Below are positions 30,161 to 39,574 of a DNA stretch of 64,000 nt, piece after piece. A model generated the notes under the pieces. It had not been told where the DNA came from, did no database searches, and was given only the letters and a program-made list of their open reading frames with translations. The stretch spans positions 62,001 to 126,000 of the IMG/VR virus record IMGVR_UViG_3300018962_000001; one strand, given 5' to 3'. The position numbers were made by a program, and so were the translations under genes. The first letter of the stretch is position 1, and the number at the start of each line of letters is the position of its first letter.

Positions 30161-30277
30161 GGCTCCATCAAGCATCGCCGGGTAGCCAGGGCATCACCGG
30201 CGGGGCAGGCTGGAGTCCTGGGGTGGCTGGGCCACCGGAGCCGTATCCGGTGGCATCTCAATCGAAGGAGCGATGGC

Positions 30278-30661
30278 ATGTTTGCAGGGATGCTGGAAGG
30301 CCATGATTGCATTGTGATTTTGCACGATCGCGAAACGGGGCGGTATCATCCGGCGCTCTATGTAGAGTCGCCGCTACCGGGACCGCCAGAGCCGCGCAGC
30401 TTTGTCCGATTGAAGTCGAAGATGCACCACACGACCGGATTTGAGTCACTTACCGAGGCGCAGGCGGAAGTTGACCGGATGAATACCATCTTCGCCGATA
30501 AGGGCTGGGGCACGGTTCCCGACTCGAATAGGTGTCTCCTGCCGATCGCATGGTCCGGCTGGAATGATGGCGAAGGGGCCGCGACCTGGGTACTGCCCGA
30601 CTGGATCGCGCTAGACCGCACGATCGGCGATTTTCTGGAAACGGAGCCGATCGGAATCTAA
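30278..30661 (+). CDS. hypothetical protein
   Basis: AAGGAG RBS. Confidence 0.65.
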   Translation: MFAGMLEGHDCIVILHDRETGRYHPALYVESPLPGPPEPRSFVRLKSKMHHTTGFESLTEAQAEVDRMNTIFADKGWGTVPDSNRCLLPIAWSGWNDGEGAATWVLPDWIALDRTIGDFLETEPIGI

Positions 30662-30823
30662 TGGCGAATGTTTCGCAAGTCCGTTTCACCAAACGGCGGG
30701 ACTGGCCCTCCAAGGGGCTGGGTGGCAGCAGGCCCATCGAATACCTGCGACGATCGAGCCGCCTTCGGGCGGATTCGGCGGTCACAGAGCCATGATCGTT
30801 GCTCTACAGATACGGAGAAGCAT

Positions 30824-31141
30824 ATGGCACCACACCAGAAACAGGCGGATACCGTCTCGCAGGATTTCCCCTATATCCGCCTGTGGGGTCGGATGATGGG
30901 GAGCATGTCCTATTACATCGAGGATCAGCTGCGCCTGGCACGGCGCACGAATGCCCCCGTGAACGCCACCTATTATCGCGAGGGCCATCCTCGGAATAAT
31001 GGCTGGCAGACCACGGACGATATTTCCAACTGGCAGACGCGGCGCTACCTGGGGCTGCGGGAACTGACACCGGCAGAGATCGCCGCGATCGAGGTTCAGT
31101 CGGCGAAGGATGAGGAGGCAGGACGTGCCCTCCCCGCCTAA
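30824..31141 (+). CDS. hypothetical protein
   Basis: GGAG RBS. Confidence 0.6.
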   Translation: MAPHQKQADTVSQDFPYIRLWGRMMGSMSYYIEDQLRLARRTNAPVNATYYREGHPRNNGWQTTDDISNWQTRRYLGLRELTPAEIAAIEVQSAKDEEAGRALPA

Positions 31142-31361
31142 CCATCGTCCACCGCGCCTGAGCCATCCCTTCGTGGTATGGATGGCACTCGTGCTCATCC
31201 TCGGCGGGAGTATTGCGATTGAAGTCGCAATCAATCAACCATTTGTGAGTGTGGGGGGATTGATTCTCGCGCTTGTGCTTGCGTTGGGCGCGGCCCTCCG
31301 CCGGGCACAGCTCCGTGGTGATTTCGATCCTTCGGCGAACCGAGGAGACGACCCACTATGA
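31110..31361 (+). CDS. small two-TM membrane protein
   Basis: two hydrophobic segments. Confidence 0.55.
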   Translation: MRRQDVPSPPNHRPPRLSHPFVVWMALVLILGGSIAIEVAINQPFVSVGGLILALVLALGAALRRAQLRGDFDPSANRGDDPL

Positions 31362-31597
31362 TTCAGGTGATCATTTATGACTGGGATCGCGGGTGGGAGG
31401 CTGAACCGCGATTTGCGGGAGCGATGCTGCAAGAAACGGGAGATACAGGGTTTGTGTGGGTGATTACGATCACCTCGCTCGATCATCTGTTGGAGATTGC
31501 GCACCACTATGGAGCCATTGCTCTCGTTCGGCCCAAGGAGTCGGGGCAGAACTGGATTCTCATGGTTACCCGGTATAGCAGGTTCAGTCAACGCTAA
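31358..31597 (+). CDS. hypothetical protein
   Basis: ATGA overlap. Confidence 0.6.
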   Translation: MIQVIIYDWDRGWEAEPRFAGAMLQETGDTGFVWVITITSLDHLLEIAHHYGAIALVRPKESGQNWILMVTRYSRFSQR

Positions 31598-31605
31598 GGA
31601 GCAGT

Positions 31606-31989
31606 ATGAGTACCGGATCATATGTCGTTCATGGCCCCACACGGCGGCGGGTCCGGCTGGATGTTCTCGACTTTCGCGAGGATGGGCAGGACCGGGTGGT
31701 GTTCACGGTGCGGAGCTTGCCCGTCGATGCCCACGCATCGACGGCCTATTCCTCCCGGCAGCTTGGGCGGTATCACTACCACGGTGCGGATTTCGCCGCC
31801 GCCGCCGCCGCGATGCTTCAGGCAAGTGGGCTGGCATCGATCGTCTATCCTCGGCCCTTTGAGCCGTTTATGCCCCCGGAGATGCGCGCGTGGAACGCCC
31901 AGCGGATGGATGAGATCGAGTCCCGCGCCCGGCGGATGCGCGGGCTGATGAAGCGTCCAACTGCCCGGACGCCTGAGGAGACCCTATGA
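31606..31989 (+). CDS. hypothetical protein
   Basis: AAGGAG RBS. Confidence 0.65.
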   Translation: MSTGSYVVHGPTRRRVRLDVLDFREDGQDRVVFTVRSLPVDAHASTAYSSRQLGRYHYHGADFAAAAAAMLQASGLASIVYPRPFEPFMPPEMRAWNAQRMDEIESRARRMRGLMKRPTARTPEETL

Positions 31990-32261
31990 TCGGCACAATT
32001 GCCTTTGATGTGAACCAGCGACGACCAGGGTGTGTGATCATCCAGCGTCTATATGGAGCGGACCTTGCCGACTTTCAGCGGCACTTCCCCGTGGAAACCT
32101 GGCTGTTAAGCCCAACGCCTACAATGGCGCTCTTTGCCGTTGAGAACGAGCAGCAGCTCCTCGCGTTAGCACATATGGCTGGGCGTGCGGTCCAGAAAGC
32201 CCCCGCCGATTGCAAGGACGTGGACAATGGCCCTGATCCAGACCCCAACCGGCACGTATGA
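31986..32261 (+). CDS. hypothetical protein
   Basis: ATGA overlap. Confidence 0.6.
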   Translation: MIGTIAFDVNQRRPGCVIIQRLYGADLADFQRHFPVETWLLSPTPTMALFAVENEQQLLALAHMAGRAVQKAPADCKDVDNGPDPDPNRHV

Positions 32262-32493
32262 TGATTCCGGCATCTATACCGCCTGGGATTTGGCGGGGGA
32301 TTGGTGGTGGAATGAGGCGGGGTATGAGGCGGTGATCGTGGGTGGGCGAACCCCTTACGAAACTGCGACCGCCACCACTGGGCGCTTCGTGCGGCTGTGG
32401 CGGCTTCGCTACTTGGGAGCGGGCCAACTCACCGACTGCTACCGTTACGTCGATCCTGAAACACCGATGCGGTTAGTCAAACTGCACCTATAA
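32227..32493 (+). CDS. hypothetical protein
   Basis: chain. Confidence 0.5.
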   Translation: MALIQTPTGTYDDSGIYTAWDLAGDWWWNEAGYEAVIVGGRTPYETATATTGRFVRLWRLRYLGAGQLTDCYRYVDPETPMRLVKLHL

Positions 32494-32502
32494 CCTGATT
32501 GG

Positions 32503-32697
32503 ATGACTATGATTATTCGGAATATGGCTCAATGCCGCCGGTGTGGGTCCGTGCTGGAATCGACGGCGACCTGGCCGCGCAGAACCTGTGCTTGCGGCCT
32601 CTTAACGATTGATGGGGCGACCGAGGAACTCCGCCGGACTGGGGACCCGGATGCCTTTATCGAATTGTCGATGATCCAAGATCGGGAATCCCCATGA
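32503..32697 (+). CDS. Zn-ribbon phage protein (paralog 1)
   Basis: IIRNMAQCRRCGSVLES...CACG..TIDGA. Confidence 0.65.
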   Translation: MTMIIRNMAQCRRCGSVLESTATWPRRTCACGLLTIDGATEELRRTGDPDAFIELSMIQDRESP

Positions 32698-33053
32698 TTG
32701 TTGAAATCTTCCATAATCGCATTCAGTGCCGCCGGTGTGGCGGTGTGATCGAATCGTTGCACGTCAACGATTTTCGCTGGTGTCCCTGTCGCGCCGTTGC
32801 AGTTGATGGGGGGCATGAGTATCTGCGCTGGCTGGGGAATCGTGAAGACATTGTTGATCTGTCGGAGACGCGCGAGATCCCTGACGAGCAGTGGGAAGCC
32901 CAGATGGATGCCGATCTGAATGCCGAGGTTGCGGCTATCATTGGCGAGGTGGCATGCGATTCTGAACCGCGCCCTGATTTCCCCCGGTTTCGGGCCGCGC
33001 TTGCCGATCTGCTTGCCGATCGGCAACGTCACCCTCCTCGCACGAGCGAGTGA
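32694..33053 (+). CDS. Zn-ribbon phage protein (paralog 2)
   Basis: IFHNRIQCRRCGGVIES...CPC..VAVDGG. Confidence 0.7.
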   Translation: MIVEIFHNRIQCRRCGGVIESLHVNDFRWCPCRAVAVDGGHEYLRWLGNREDIVDLSETREIPDEQWEAQMDADLNAEVAAIIGEVACDSEPRPDFPRFRAALADLLADRQRHPPRTSE

Positions 33054-33060
33054 TCACTCC

Positions 33061-33089
33061 TTGACGTATGCTTGTATTTGCGCTACTGT
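33061..33089 (+). promoter_or_regulatory. sigma70-type promoter
   Basis: TTGACG-N17-TACTGT. Confidence 0.65.
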
Positions 33090-33117
33090 GAGGCATACCG
33101 AATCAGGAGGACTCACG

Positions 33118-34383
33118 ATGGCTGAGGTATTGGACTCCATCGCCCTGTACTGCGGTACGGGCGGATCAAACAAGGTCTGGGGAGCTGCGGTCGTGCAGGA
33201 CGGCGATACTGTCACGTATCTGTACTGCAACGGCGCGGTTGGTACGGCGATGACTCCCAAGATCGAACGCATGGCGGATTCTCCAACGGCCCGCAAGCAT
33301 TACGAAAAAAAGGTCCGCGAGAAGCGAGGCAAGGGCTACGTGCCGGTGGACCTGGGCGATCCCTTTTATGGTGTCGGTCGCGTGCTCGCGGCAGCCCATC
33401 CCGCGCTTGCGGACTCCGGCGGCGGCGGCGCAGCCAGCTATGTTGCCGAAACGGTGGCCCGCGATACGCGCGTGGTCGTGAGCCGCGTGTTGCCGGTGGA
33501 TGAGTCCCGCTTTGCGGCAGTGATGGCCGATCCCGCCTATGGCCTGACCGAGAAGGCCAACGGGAAGCGAGTCACGGTGGAGTGGACCGGCACGGAACTG
33601 CGCGCCTATAACCGGAAAGGCCAGCGCCTCCCGGTCGTGCCACGCGCGGCGGAATCCCTCCCCAGCATCGGCATCCCCTTTTTGATCGACGGTGAAGACA
33701 TCCCTGGCGGGGGATATGTCATGTTCGATCTCTTAGAGTTCAACGGCGGTTCGATCCGGCACCTGGAATTTGCGAGTCGGATTCGGACCTTAGCGCGGCT
33801 CGTGACCGAGGCCGGATTGCTGATCATGTATGGAGCGGAGGTCGCCGATAGCCTGAGCGATACGCCAGGGCTGGCGCTCCTCTCGCCGGTGACGAGCACC
33901 GACGAGAAACACTCCACCTTGCAGGCGATTCGGGCCGCGAACGGCGAGGGCGTGATCCTGCGGCGCATGGACGCGCCTTCGGTCGAGGGGAATAGTCGGG
34001 ACGAACTCAAATACAAGTTTACGCCGCAGATTGATGCGGCGGTGATCGGTATGAAACCTGGGCGTCAACATGGATCGCTGCGCCTGGGGCTGTATCGCCC
34101 TGATGGATCACTCATTGAGATCGGATTTGTGTATAACGGGTTAACAACCGCTGATCTCGAACACATCACCCAGCTCTATCTCAACGGCCAGGAGCCGGTG
34201 TTAGCGGTGAGCTTCCTGCAAGCACGCACCGTGGGTATCCGCCTGGTCGAGCCAACCACAACAATCGCCGATCTTCGCACCGATAAGAGAGCCAGAGATT
34301 GCACCACCGAGCAGCTGATCGAGATTTTAGGAGCCGATCGCGCCCCGTTGATCGCCGCAGCGCCTGCGGTTGTGCCGAATTGA
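33118..34383 (+). CDS. WGR-domain ATP-dependent polynucleotide (DNA) ligase
   Basis: N-terminal SNKVW...KVREKRGKGY (WGR-like); ligase motifs TEKANG, LIDGE, YVMFDLL, GEGVILR, ELKYK; C-terminal OB-like region. Confidence 0.7.
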   Translation: MAEVLDSIALYCGTGGSNKVWGAAVVQDGDTVTYLYCNGAVGTAMTPKIERMADSPTARKHYEKKVREKRGKGYVPVDLGDPFYGVGRVLAAAHPALADSGGGGAASYVAETVARDTRVVVSRVLPVDESRFAAVMADPAYGLTEKANGKRVTVEWTGTELRAYNRKGQRLPVVPRAAESLPSIGIPFLIDGEDIPGGGYVMFDLLEFNGGSIRHLEFASRIRTLARLVTEAGLLIMYGAEVADSLSDTPGLALLSPVTSTDEKHSTLQAIRAANGEGVILRRMDAPSVEGNSRDELKYKFTPQIDAAVIGMKPGRQHGSLRLGLYRPDGSLIEIGFVYNGLTTADLEHITQLYLNGQEPVLAVSFLQARTVGIRLVEPTTTIADLRTDKRARDCTTEQLIEILGADRAPLIAAAPAVVPN

Positions 34384-34396
34384 TCGTATTCACCCC

Positions 34397-34425
34397 TTGA
34401 CATACGCTACATTCAGCGCTAATAT
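34397..34425 (+). promoter_or_regulatory. sigma70-type promoter
   Basis: TTGACA-N17-TAATAT. Confidence 0.8.
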
Positions 34426-34607
34426 ACTCGTATCCACACGGGCCACGGTGCTCTAGGGCGACGGGGAAGGGGAGCCTTCCCCCGATGATCAGGACAGGCG
34501 GAGAGACGCCGGGGTGTGGGAATGCACCTGCTCAGAGGCGTGGTTGGATCTACAACGCGGCTCCCTCATTCCAATAGGCGAGGCGGGTATTTACCCGCCT
34601 CGCTGCA

Positions 34608-34904
34608 ATGAGAGGGGATGTGGTGATGGAGGATCGACAGCACTATCATATGTATATCCAGCGGGTCACGCCTCCACCGCTTCGATGGGAGGATGTCCGC
34701 TATTACGATCGTGCGCTGGCGCGCGTCGGATTTGCATTTGGTATCCCTACGGACAGGCCGGAGCGCGACTCTCCGCAGGGCATTGTGCTCGCTCGCTATT
34801 GTGGCCGGTCTCTGCGGTTAGCACGAGCATTACTGGCGGCCAATGGCCTCGCCATTGTTGAGGCGATTCTGATCCCCCAGGGTCAGGACGAAAGGAATGC
34901 ATGA
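34608..34904 (+). CDS. hypothetical protein
   Basis: after structured leader. Confidence 0.55.
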   Translation: MRGDVVMEDRQHYHMYIQRVTPPPLRWEDVRYYDRALARVGFAFGIPTDRPERDSPQGIVLARYCGRSLRLARALLAANGLAIVEAILIPQGQDERNA

Positions 34905-35305
34905 TGTCCACAATCGCTCTGCGCGTACCAACCCGCCTGCCGGATCGCGTGCTGCTGGCTACCGGCCAGTGCTATATTTTGTTTGAGGCTGGACCCATCA
35001 GCGTCCGGGCACTGATAGCCGAAAAAGTCCGCGCGGAGCTGCGCAAAGCCCGTGCCGGAGGGATCGCGATTACCTCATTACCGCTCCTGCTTGCCACCGA
35101 TCTTCCCATCGGCCTTAGCCCCCGTGACGAGCAGCGGGCGATTCTGCGGGCCGAGGAGCTATTTTCTGAATGCCATTACCTACTGCTCCATAACGGGCTG
35201 CCCCTGGTGGATCTAGATGAGCAGGTGGTGTTAACACGTCAGTCGTCAGTGCAATTTCTGGTCGTCCCATCTGCGGTACCCCTGGAGCGCGAGGTGGGCG
35301 CATGA
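34901..35305 (+). CDS. hypothetical protein
   Basis: ATGA overlap. Confidence 0.65.
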   Translation: MMSTIALRVPTRLPDRVLLATGQCYILFEAGPISVRALIAEKVRAELRKARAGGIAITSLPLLLATDLPIGLSPRDEQRAILRAEELFSECHYLLLHNGLPLVDLDEQVVLTRQSSVQFLVVPSAVPLEREVGA

Positions 35306-35616
35306 GCTGGATTGTTGCCGATCTGGATACTGTTTATGCCGAGTGTGAGTCGTATTCGGCGGCGCGGCAGTGGTGTCTTACCGCGTATCGCGACACTCGT
35401 CGCGCGCCCACCTTCCACAAGCGGCAGCCCGGCTGGTATGAGTATTGGCCGGACGCAAGCATTCGCGGACGACAAACTCTTTTTATTGTGCAGCATCCCC
35501 TTACTGAACCTATCCTCCATCTGTCGTTGGCGGCATGTCGGGCGGCCATTGCGGCACGTTTCACGGCCCCGTCCTCCCAAGGAACGTACGTGAAATGGCC
35601 CGGCACACTGGGCTAG
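35302..35616 (+). CDS. hypothetical protein
   Basis: ATGA overlap. Confidence 0.6.
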   Translation: MSWIVADLDTVYAECESYSAARQWCLTAYRDTRRAPTFHKRQPGWYEYWPDASIRGRQTLFIVQHPLTEPILHLSLAACRAAIAARFTAPSSQGTYVKWPGTLG

Positions 35617-35624
35617 GAGCACTT

Positions 35625-35921
35625 ATGGACGATCAACGACTATCAGCGCGTTGTATCACCGTGTATCCGGTTGAGATCGGTGAAAGCACCATTGACCTTC
35701 CGCTGGGAAGCAGCATTAAGGATGTGTGTTGTCGAGCGGACCATTCAGGGGTGGCCCTTGTCGTCCAACGCCCCCTTCATGTTCTGGTCCTCGTCACCCA
35801 TCACATTCGCGTGGTTCGTGAGGATGAATACTTTGCCCCAGAATATCGATCAACCTATCTTGGCTGTGTTGATGTTCCCCAGATTGGTCCCCTCTACACC
35901 TTCAGCGAAGGGACTGGTTGA
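35625..35921 (+). CDS. hypothetical phage protein
   Basis: AGGAG RBS. Confidence 0.6.
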   Translation: MDDQRLSARCITVYPVEIGESTIDLPLGSSIKDVCCRADHSGVALVVQRPLHVLVLVTHHIRVVREDEYFAPEYRSTYLGCVDVPQIGPLYTFSEGTG

Positions 35922-36024
35922 CAATCTGCGGGGAGTCTACTAGACTCCTGGGTACATCGGTTGGCACTCCGGGTACCATTTTCCTCCCCCCACTGGCCGG
36001 TGGCGGATCAAAGGAGGAATCTGT

Positions 36025-37599
36025 ATGCCAAGTGCTATCTTCAGGCCGAAAGAGTTGCCCTGGAGCGCGCCTGAACTGCCACGCACGCTCGCGGGCTTGT
36101 ACACGTGGAACGGGCAAACCTACCTGTGTCGCCCCGGCCAGGCCAGCAACCAGGATCGCTATCGACGGCGGAACTGGGCGGAGTTGGAACCCACTCGTGG
36201 GACGTATAACTGGAGCAAATTCCAGCAGGAGATCGACGCTGCAAAAGCCAAGAAGCAGCGCGTCTGGCTGGGCTTGCCGGTGTATGCGGGAGCATCTGAG
36301 TATGGGCCGTACGTGCCTGAGTATCTTGCCAAAGCCGGACCCAGTGAGTGGTACGAAGATTCGTGGTATCCCAACTTCAATAAGCCCGACACGTTCGCCG
36401 CGTTAGCCGATCTTCTCACCGCATTTGATGCTTGGCTCACCAGTACGAACCAGTATAAATATGTGAGTCATATCCAGTGCCTCGCCTTCGGGCGCTACGG
36501 AGAAGGCTACTATCCCTGGCAGTTGTACGCGAAACATCGGGCGGATCGAACCGATCATCCCCTCCTGCCTACCGAAGCGACCACTCGTAAGATCATCGAT
36601 CTCTACCACCGCCTGTTTGGGTCCAAAGTGCGACTCGACATGACCTTACGGAATGATTTTCGCTTTGGCTACGCAATGCTCCAAAAGCCCTTCTGGGGGT
36701 GGAGTCGGATGGCGCTGGGTCATCCCGGCCAGATGGCGAATATCGCGGAAGCCGTGAATAGCGCGCTCACCATTGATGGCGTTCGGATCGGCCCGCTTGT
36801 CGCGGAGCGCTGGCAACGGGCTGCGGTGCTGCTGGAGTGGATCGGACTCGCGAAGGAACATGCGCCGCTGCAATGGAAACACGCGCTTGGGCAGATTAAG
36901 GATGTCCACCCGGCCTTGGTTGGGAACGGCAACTTCATCGAGTATAGCACTGGCCCGTATAACTTCTGGAACGGCAGCTGTGCGGATCAGCCAACAACGA
37001 AGTGGACGGCTGAGAATATCGCCGACATGGTGCAGATCGGGAAGCAGGCCGGGTATCGATTTGTGGTCGAGGAGTTAGCGCTCAGTGGCGATTTCACGCC
37101 GGGGAGCGTGCTACGCGCGCAGGGTCGTATCCTGAATCGTGGTCTTACGCCAGCGCATGAGCCGATTGAGGCGCGTCTCCATCTCCATGCGGTTGATCAG
37201 CCAGGGCGCGTGGCCTTTGCGCTCCCGCTGGGCGTGAACTTCCAAACCTTGTTAACCGCCGCGCCCGTTGATGCAGGCCAGAAGTTACCGGACGATCTTC
37301 CCCCTGGCCGCTATGAAGCGCATGTGTATCTCCCTGGCATTGAGGGAGTTACCCGTCCGATTCCCCTGGCAATCGAGGGCGTGAATCCGGGCGGTGGGTA
37401 TCCACTAGGAGCCTTCGACATTACGAAGGCTGCGCCGCCGCCGCCGCCGGACGACACAGATACCCCGCCGCCGCCGGTACCGAATGCGGCCTTGCTCGCC
37501 CTCGTATCCCGGCTCACCGCTGTTCAAGGCGAGATCGACTCGATCGTCACTGCCCTCCAGGGGGAAGCCCAGCCCCGTCCCACGACCGGCCAGGACTAA
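36025..37599 (+). CDS. putative glycoside hydrolase (beta-galactosidase-like TIM barrel, DUF4832-like C-terminus) with Pro-rich tail
   Basis: RRNWAELEPTRGTYNWS, PEYL, FGRYGEG, GYRFVV...GRILNRGLTP. Confidence 0.6.
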   Translation: MPSAIFRPKELPWSAPELPRTLAGLYTWNGQTYLCRPGQASNQDRYRRRNWAELEPTRGTYNWSKFQQEIDAAKAKKQRVWLGLPVYAGASEYGPYVPEYLAKAGPSEWYEDSWYPNFNKPDTFAALADLLTAFDAWLTSTNQYKYVSHIQCLAFGRYGEGYYPWQLYAKHRADRTDHPLLPTEATTRKIIDLYHRLFGSKVRLDMTLRNDFRFGYAMLQKPFWGWSRMALGHPGQMANIAEAVNSALTIDGVRIGPLVAERWQRAAVLLEWIGLAKEHAPLQWKHALGQIKDVHPALVGNGNFIEYSTGPYNFWNGSCADQPTTKWTAENIADMVQIGKQAGYRFVVEELALSGDFTPGSVLRAQGRILNRGLTPAHEPIEARLHLHAVDQPGRVAFALPLGVNFQTLLTAAPVDAGQKLPDDLPPGRYEAHVYLPGIEGVTRPIPLAIEGVNPGGGYPLGAFDITKAAPPPPPDDTDTPPPPVPNAALLALVSRLTAVQGEIDSIVTALQGEAQPRPTTGQD

Positions 37600-37638
37600 C
37601 CCGCCACCGCACGCCAGGGAGTTGTCCCTGGCGTGCCC

Positions 37639-37667
37639 TTGACACTAGCACCCTTCTGCGCTATGCT
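37639..37667 (+). promoter_or_regulatory. sigma70-type promoter
   Basis: TTGACA-N17-TATGCT directly before the tRNA. Confidence 0.8.
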
Positions 37668-37683
37668 TCCCGCAGCTAATCAC

Positions 37684-37766
37684 GGGGAGGTGGCCGAGTG
37701 GCAAGGCAGCGGTCTTCTAAACCGCCGGGCGAGCAGCCCGCACAGGTTCGATCCCTGTCCTCCCCG
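37684..37766 (+). tRNA. tRNA with TCT (Arg) anticodon in a Ser-type body
   Basis: GGGGAGG/CCTCCCC, loop CT-TCT-AA, long variable arm CGGGC/GCCCG, G73, no CCA. Confidence 0.85.
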
Positions 37767-37789
37767 CAAGAAGTCCTTATAGGAATCCC

Positions 37790-37984
37790 ATGTATCTGAC
37801 GAAAGCAGAGCGAAACACGCTCCTCCTCGTGGTGAATGAGCGCCTGGCGGGAGGACCTGACGATCTTGCCGATGCGTTGGGTATTGATCTTGATGAAGCC
37901 GAGCAGGAGGTGAGTCGCCTTCAGTTGATCGCAACCAAGCTGGCTCACTCATTAGGAGGACGCGATCGTGGACCCCATCGTTGA
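37790..37984 (+). CDS. hypothetical protein
   Basis: AGGA RBS. Confidence 0.55.
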   Translation: MYLTKAERNTLLLVVNERLAGGPDDLADALGIDLDEAEQEVSRLQLIATKLAHSLGGRDRGPHR

Positions 37985-38510
37985 TCAAATTGGTCATCTT
38001 ACCGCAGCCGATCTCGGTAATCTGCTGTATGAGGGCCGGGCCATGCCGGATCGTCCACCATTAACGGATGATTTGCTCGAACAGGCGCAATACGCCTTTG
38101 CCCGCTGGGTACAACTTGCCTCAGTTACCACAACCTTTCCTGATTGGCACACCGCATGGGCCGCATACCGCGCCGCTGGAAAGCCCCACTGGCCGTTGCC
38201 GCCCGCGTCGATTGTGGATCGCTGGATCTGCCAGGGTGGGTGGCGTGCCTGGGTAAAGGGCGAACGGGGACAAGTCTTTATCGATCTCATCAGGTTAGAG
38301 TCCTATGATTGGATCATGAGTCTTCGACGATCGTTTCGTGGCGGGACGGACTCGGATCTTCTGATGAGCAAGCGGCTCACGGGCACCCTGGAATCTGTTC
38401 AGCAGCAAGCGGAGGAGGCTGCCGCAACCCACCTTGGCTATTACCGCTGGCAGGACATGGATCTGAACCGTCCCTATCACCCCTTCGCTGAGCGGCGGCG
38501 GACCCTATGA
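37968..38510 (+). CDS. hypothetical protein
   Basis: GGAGG RBS. Confidence 0.65.
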   Translation: MDPIVDQIGHLTAADLGNLLYEGRAMPDRPPLTDDLLEQAQYAFARWVQLASVTTTFPDWHTAWAAYRAAGKPHWPLPPASIVDRWICQGGWRAWVKGERGQVFIDLIRLESYDWIMSLRRSFRGGTDSDLLMSKRLTGTLESVQQQAEEAAATHLGYYRWQDMDLNRPYHPFAERRRTL

Positions 38511-39166
38511 GTGTGCGGATCAAGTACCCGCGCACACCGCATTTCATGTGGTCACGAGGAGTGGCTTCCGATGATCAGCTCCTGGCCTACCTGCGCCATT
38601 GGATTGACCAGCCGGTGGTGATCACCGCGAAGATGGACGGAGAGAACACCACCATCTATGGTGATGGACTCCATGCCCGATCGATTGATAGCCGGAGCCA
38701 TCCCTCGCGATCGTGGGTCCAGCAGTGGTCGGCGACCTGGAGGCATGAACTCCCTCGCGGCTGGCGGGTATGCGGCGAAAATCTGTATGCCCGGCACTCG
38801 ATCCACTACCGGCATTTAACGAGCTATTTCTACGGGATCTCGATCTGGAATGACGAGAACCTATGTCTGGCCTGGGATGATACAACCATGTACTTTACAC
38901 TGCTTGGCATCACGCCGGTCCCGGAGCTATGGCGCGGGGTGTGGAGTCCGCGTACGGAGCGCTGGCTGCGGGATGGCGCACTTGCAGCAGAAACACATGC
39001 GGGTGATCCGCTCGAAGGTTATGTGGTGCGCCTGGCTGGGCCGATTCGGTATCGTGATTTCTCAGACTCGGTTGCCAAGTATGTCCGCGCGCACCACGTC
39101 CAAACCACGGATCGCTGGAGTCGCGATCAGATCGTCCCCAATCGGCTTCGCCAATCCGACAGCTAG
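38507..39166 (+). CDS. ATP-dependent RNA ligase family protein
   Basis: KYPRTPH, motif I TAKMDGEN, CGENLYARHSIHY, FYGISIW, EGYVVR, KYVR. Confidence 0.85.
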   Translation: MSVRIKYPRTPHFMWSRGVASDDQLLAYLRHWIDQPVVITAKMDGENTTIYGDGLHARSIDSRSHPSRSWVQQWSATWRHELPRGWRVCGENLYARHSIHYRHLTSYFYGISIWNDENLCLAWDDTTMYFTLLGITPVPELWRGVWSPRTERWLRDGALAAETHAGDPLEGYVVRLAGPIRYRDFSDSVAKYVRAHHVQTTDRWSRDQIVPNRLRQSDS

Positions 39167-39202
39167 ATCCTCCCCGACCAGGCACTCCTTTGAGATCAGT
39201 AC

Positions 39203-39231
39203 TTGACACGCGCACAATTCCGCGCTATGAT
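39203..39231 (+). promoter_or_regulatory. promoter of the Ubl-Ro60 operon
   Basis: TTGACA-N17-TATGAT. Confidence 0.85.
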
Positions 39232-39284
39232 ACAGCCCTGCGTAGCGTTGTACGCTCTGTATCAGGACTCGTAGGAGGGTCGCG

Positions 39285-39512
39285 ATGGCTGATGTTACCG
39301 TGGAAAAGATGATGATCCATATTCGCTACGGCGGAACGTCGCAGGACGTTCCGGCGGATACGCTGGATATTGGCAACTTGTCGAGCGATACCGATGTCCG
39401 TAATGCGCTGGCCCGGCACCTGGGTGTCGATCCGGGGCGCTTGAGCGGGTATCGCGTTGACCGCGAGCCAACCGGCAATCTCACCGTTCGTCCAGAAGCC
39501 GTTTTCGGCTAG
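39285..39512 (+). CDS. ubiquitin-like (beta-grasp) modifier ending in Gly
   Basis: 75 aa, C-terminus LTVRPEAVFG*, co-operonic with JAB and E1. Confidence 0.7.
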   Translation: MADVTVEKMMIHIRYGGTSQDVPADTLDIGNLSSDTDVRNALARHLGVDPGRLSGYRVDREPTGNLTVRPEAVFG

Positions 39513-39574
39513 TGAGCCGCACCAACCAACTTGCGCGTGCTGGCCGCAGCACGCGCTCACACCCGGAGGAGTCT

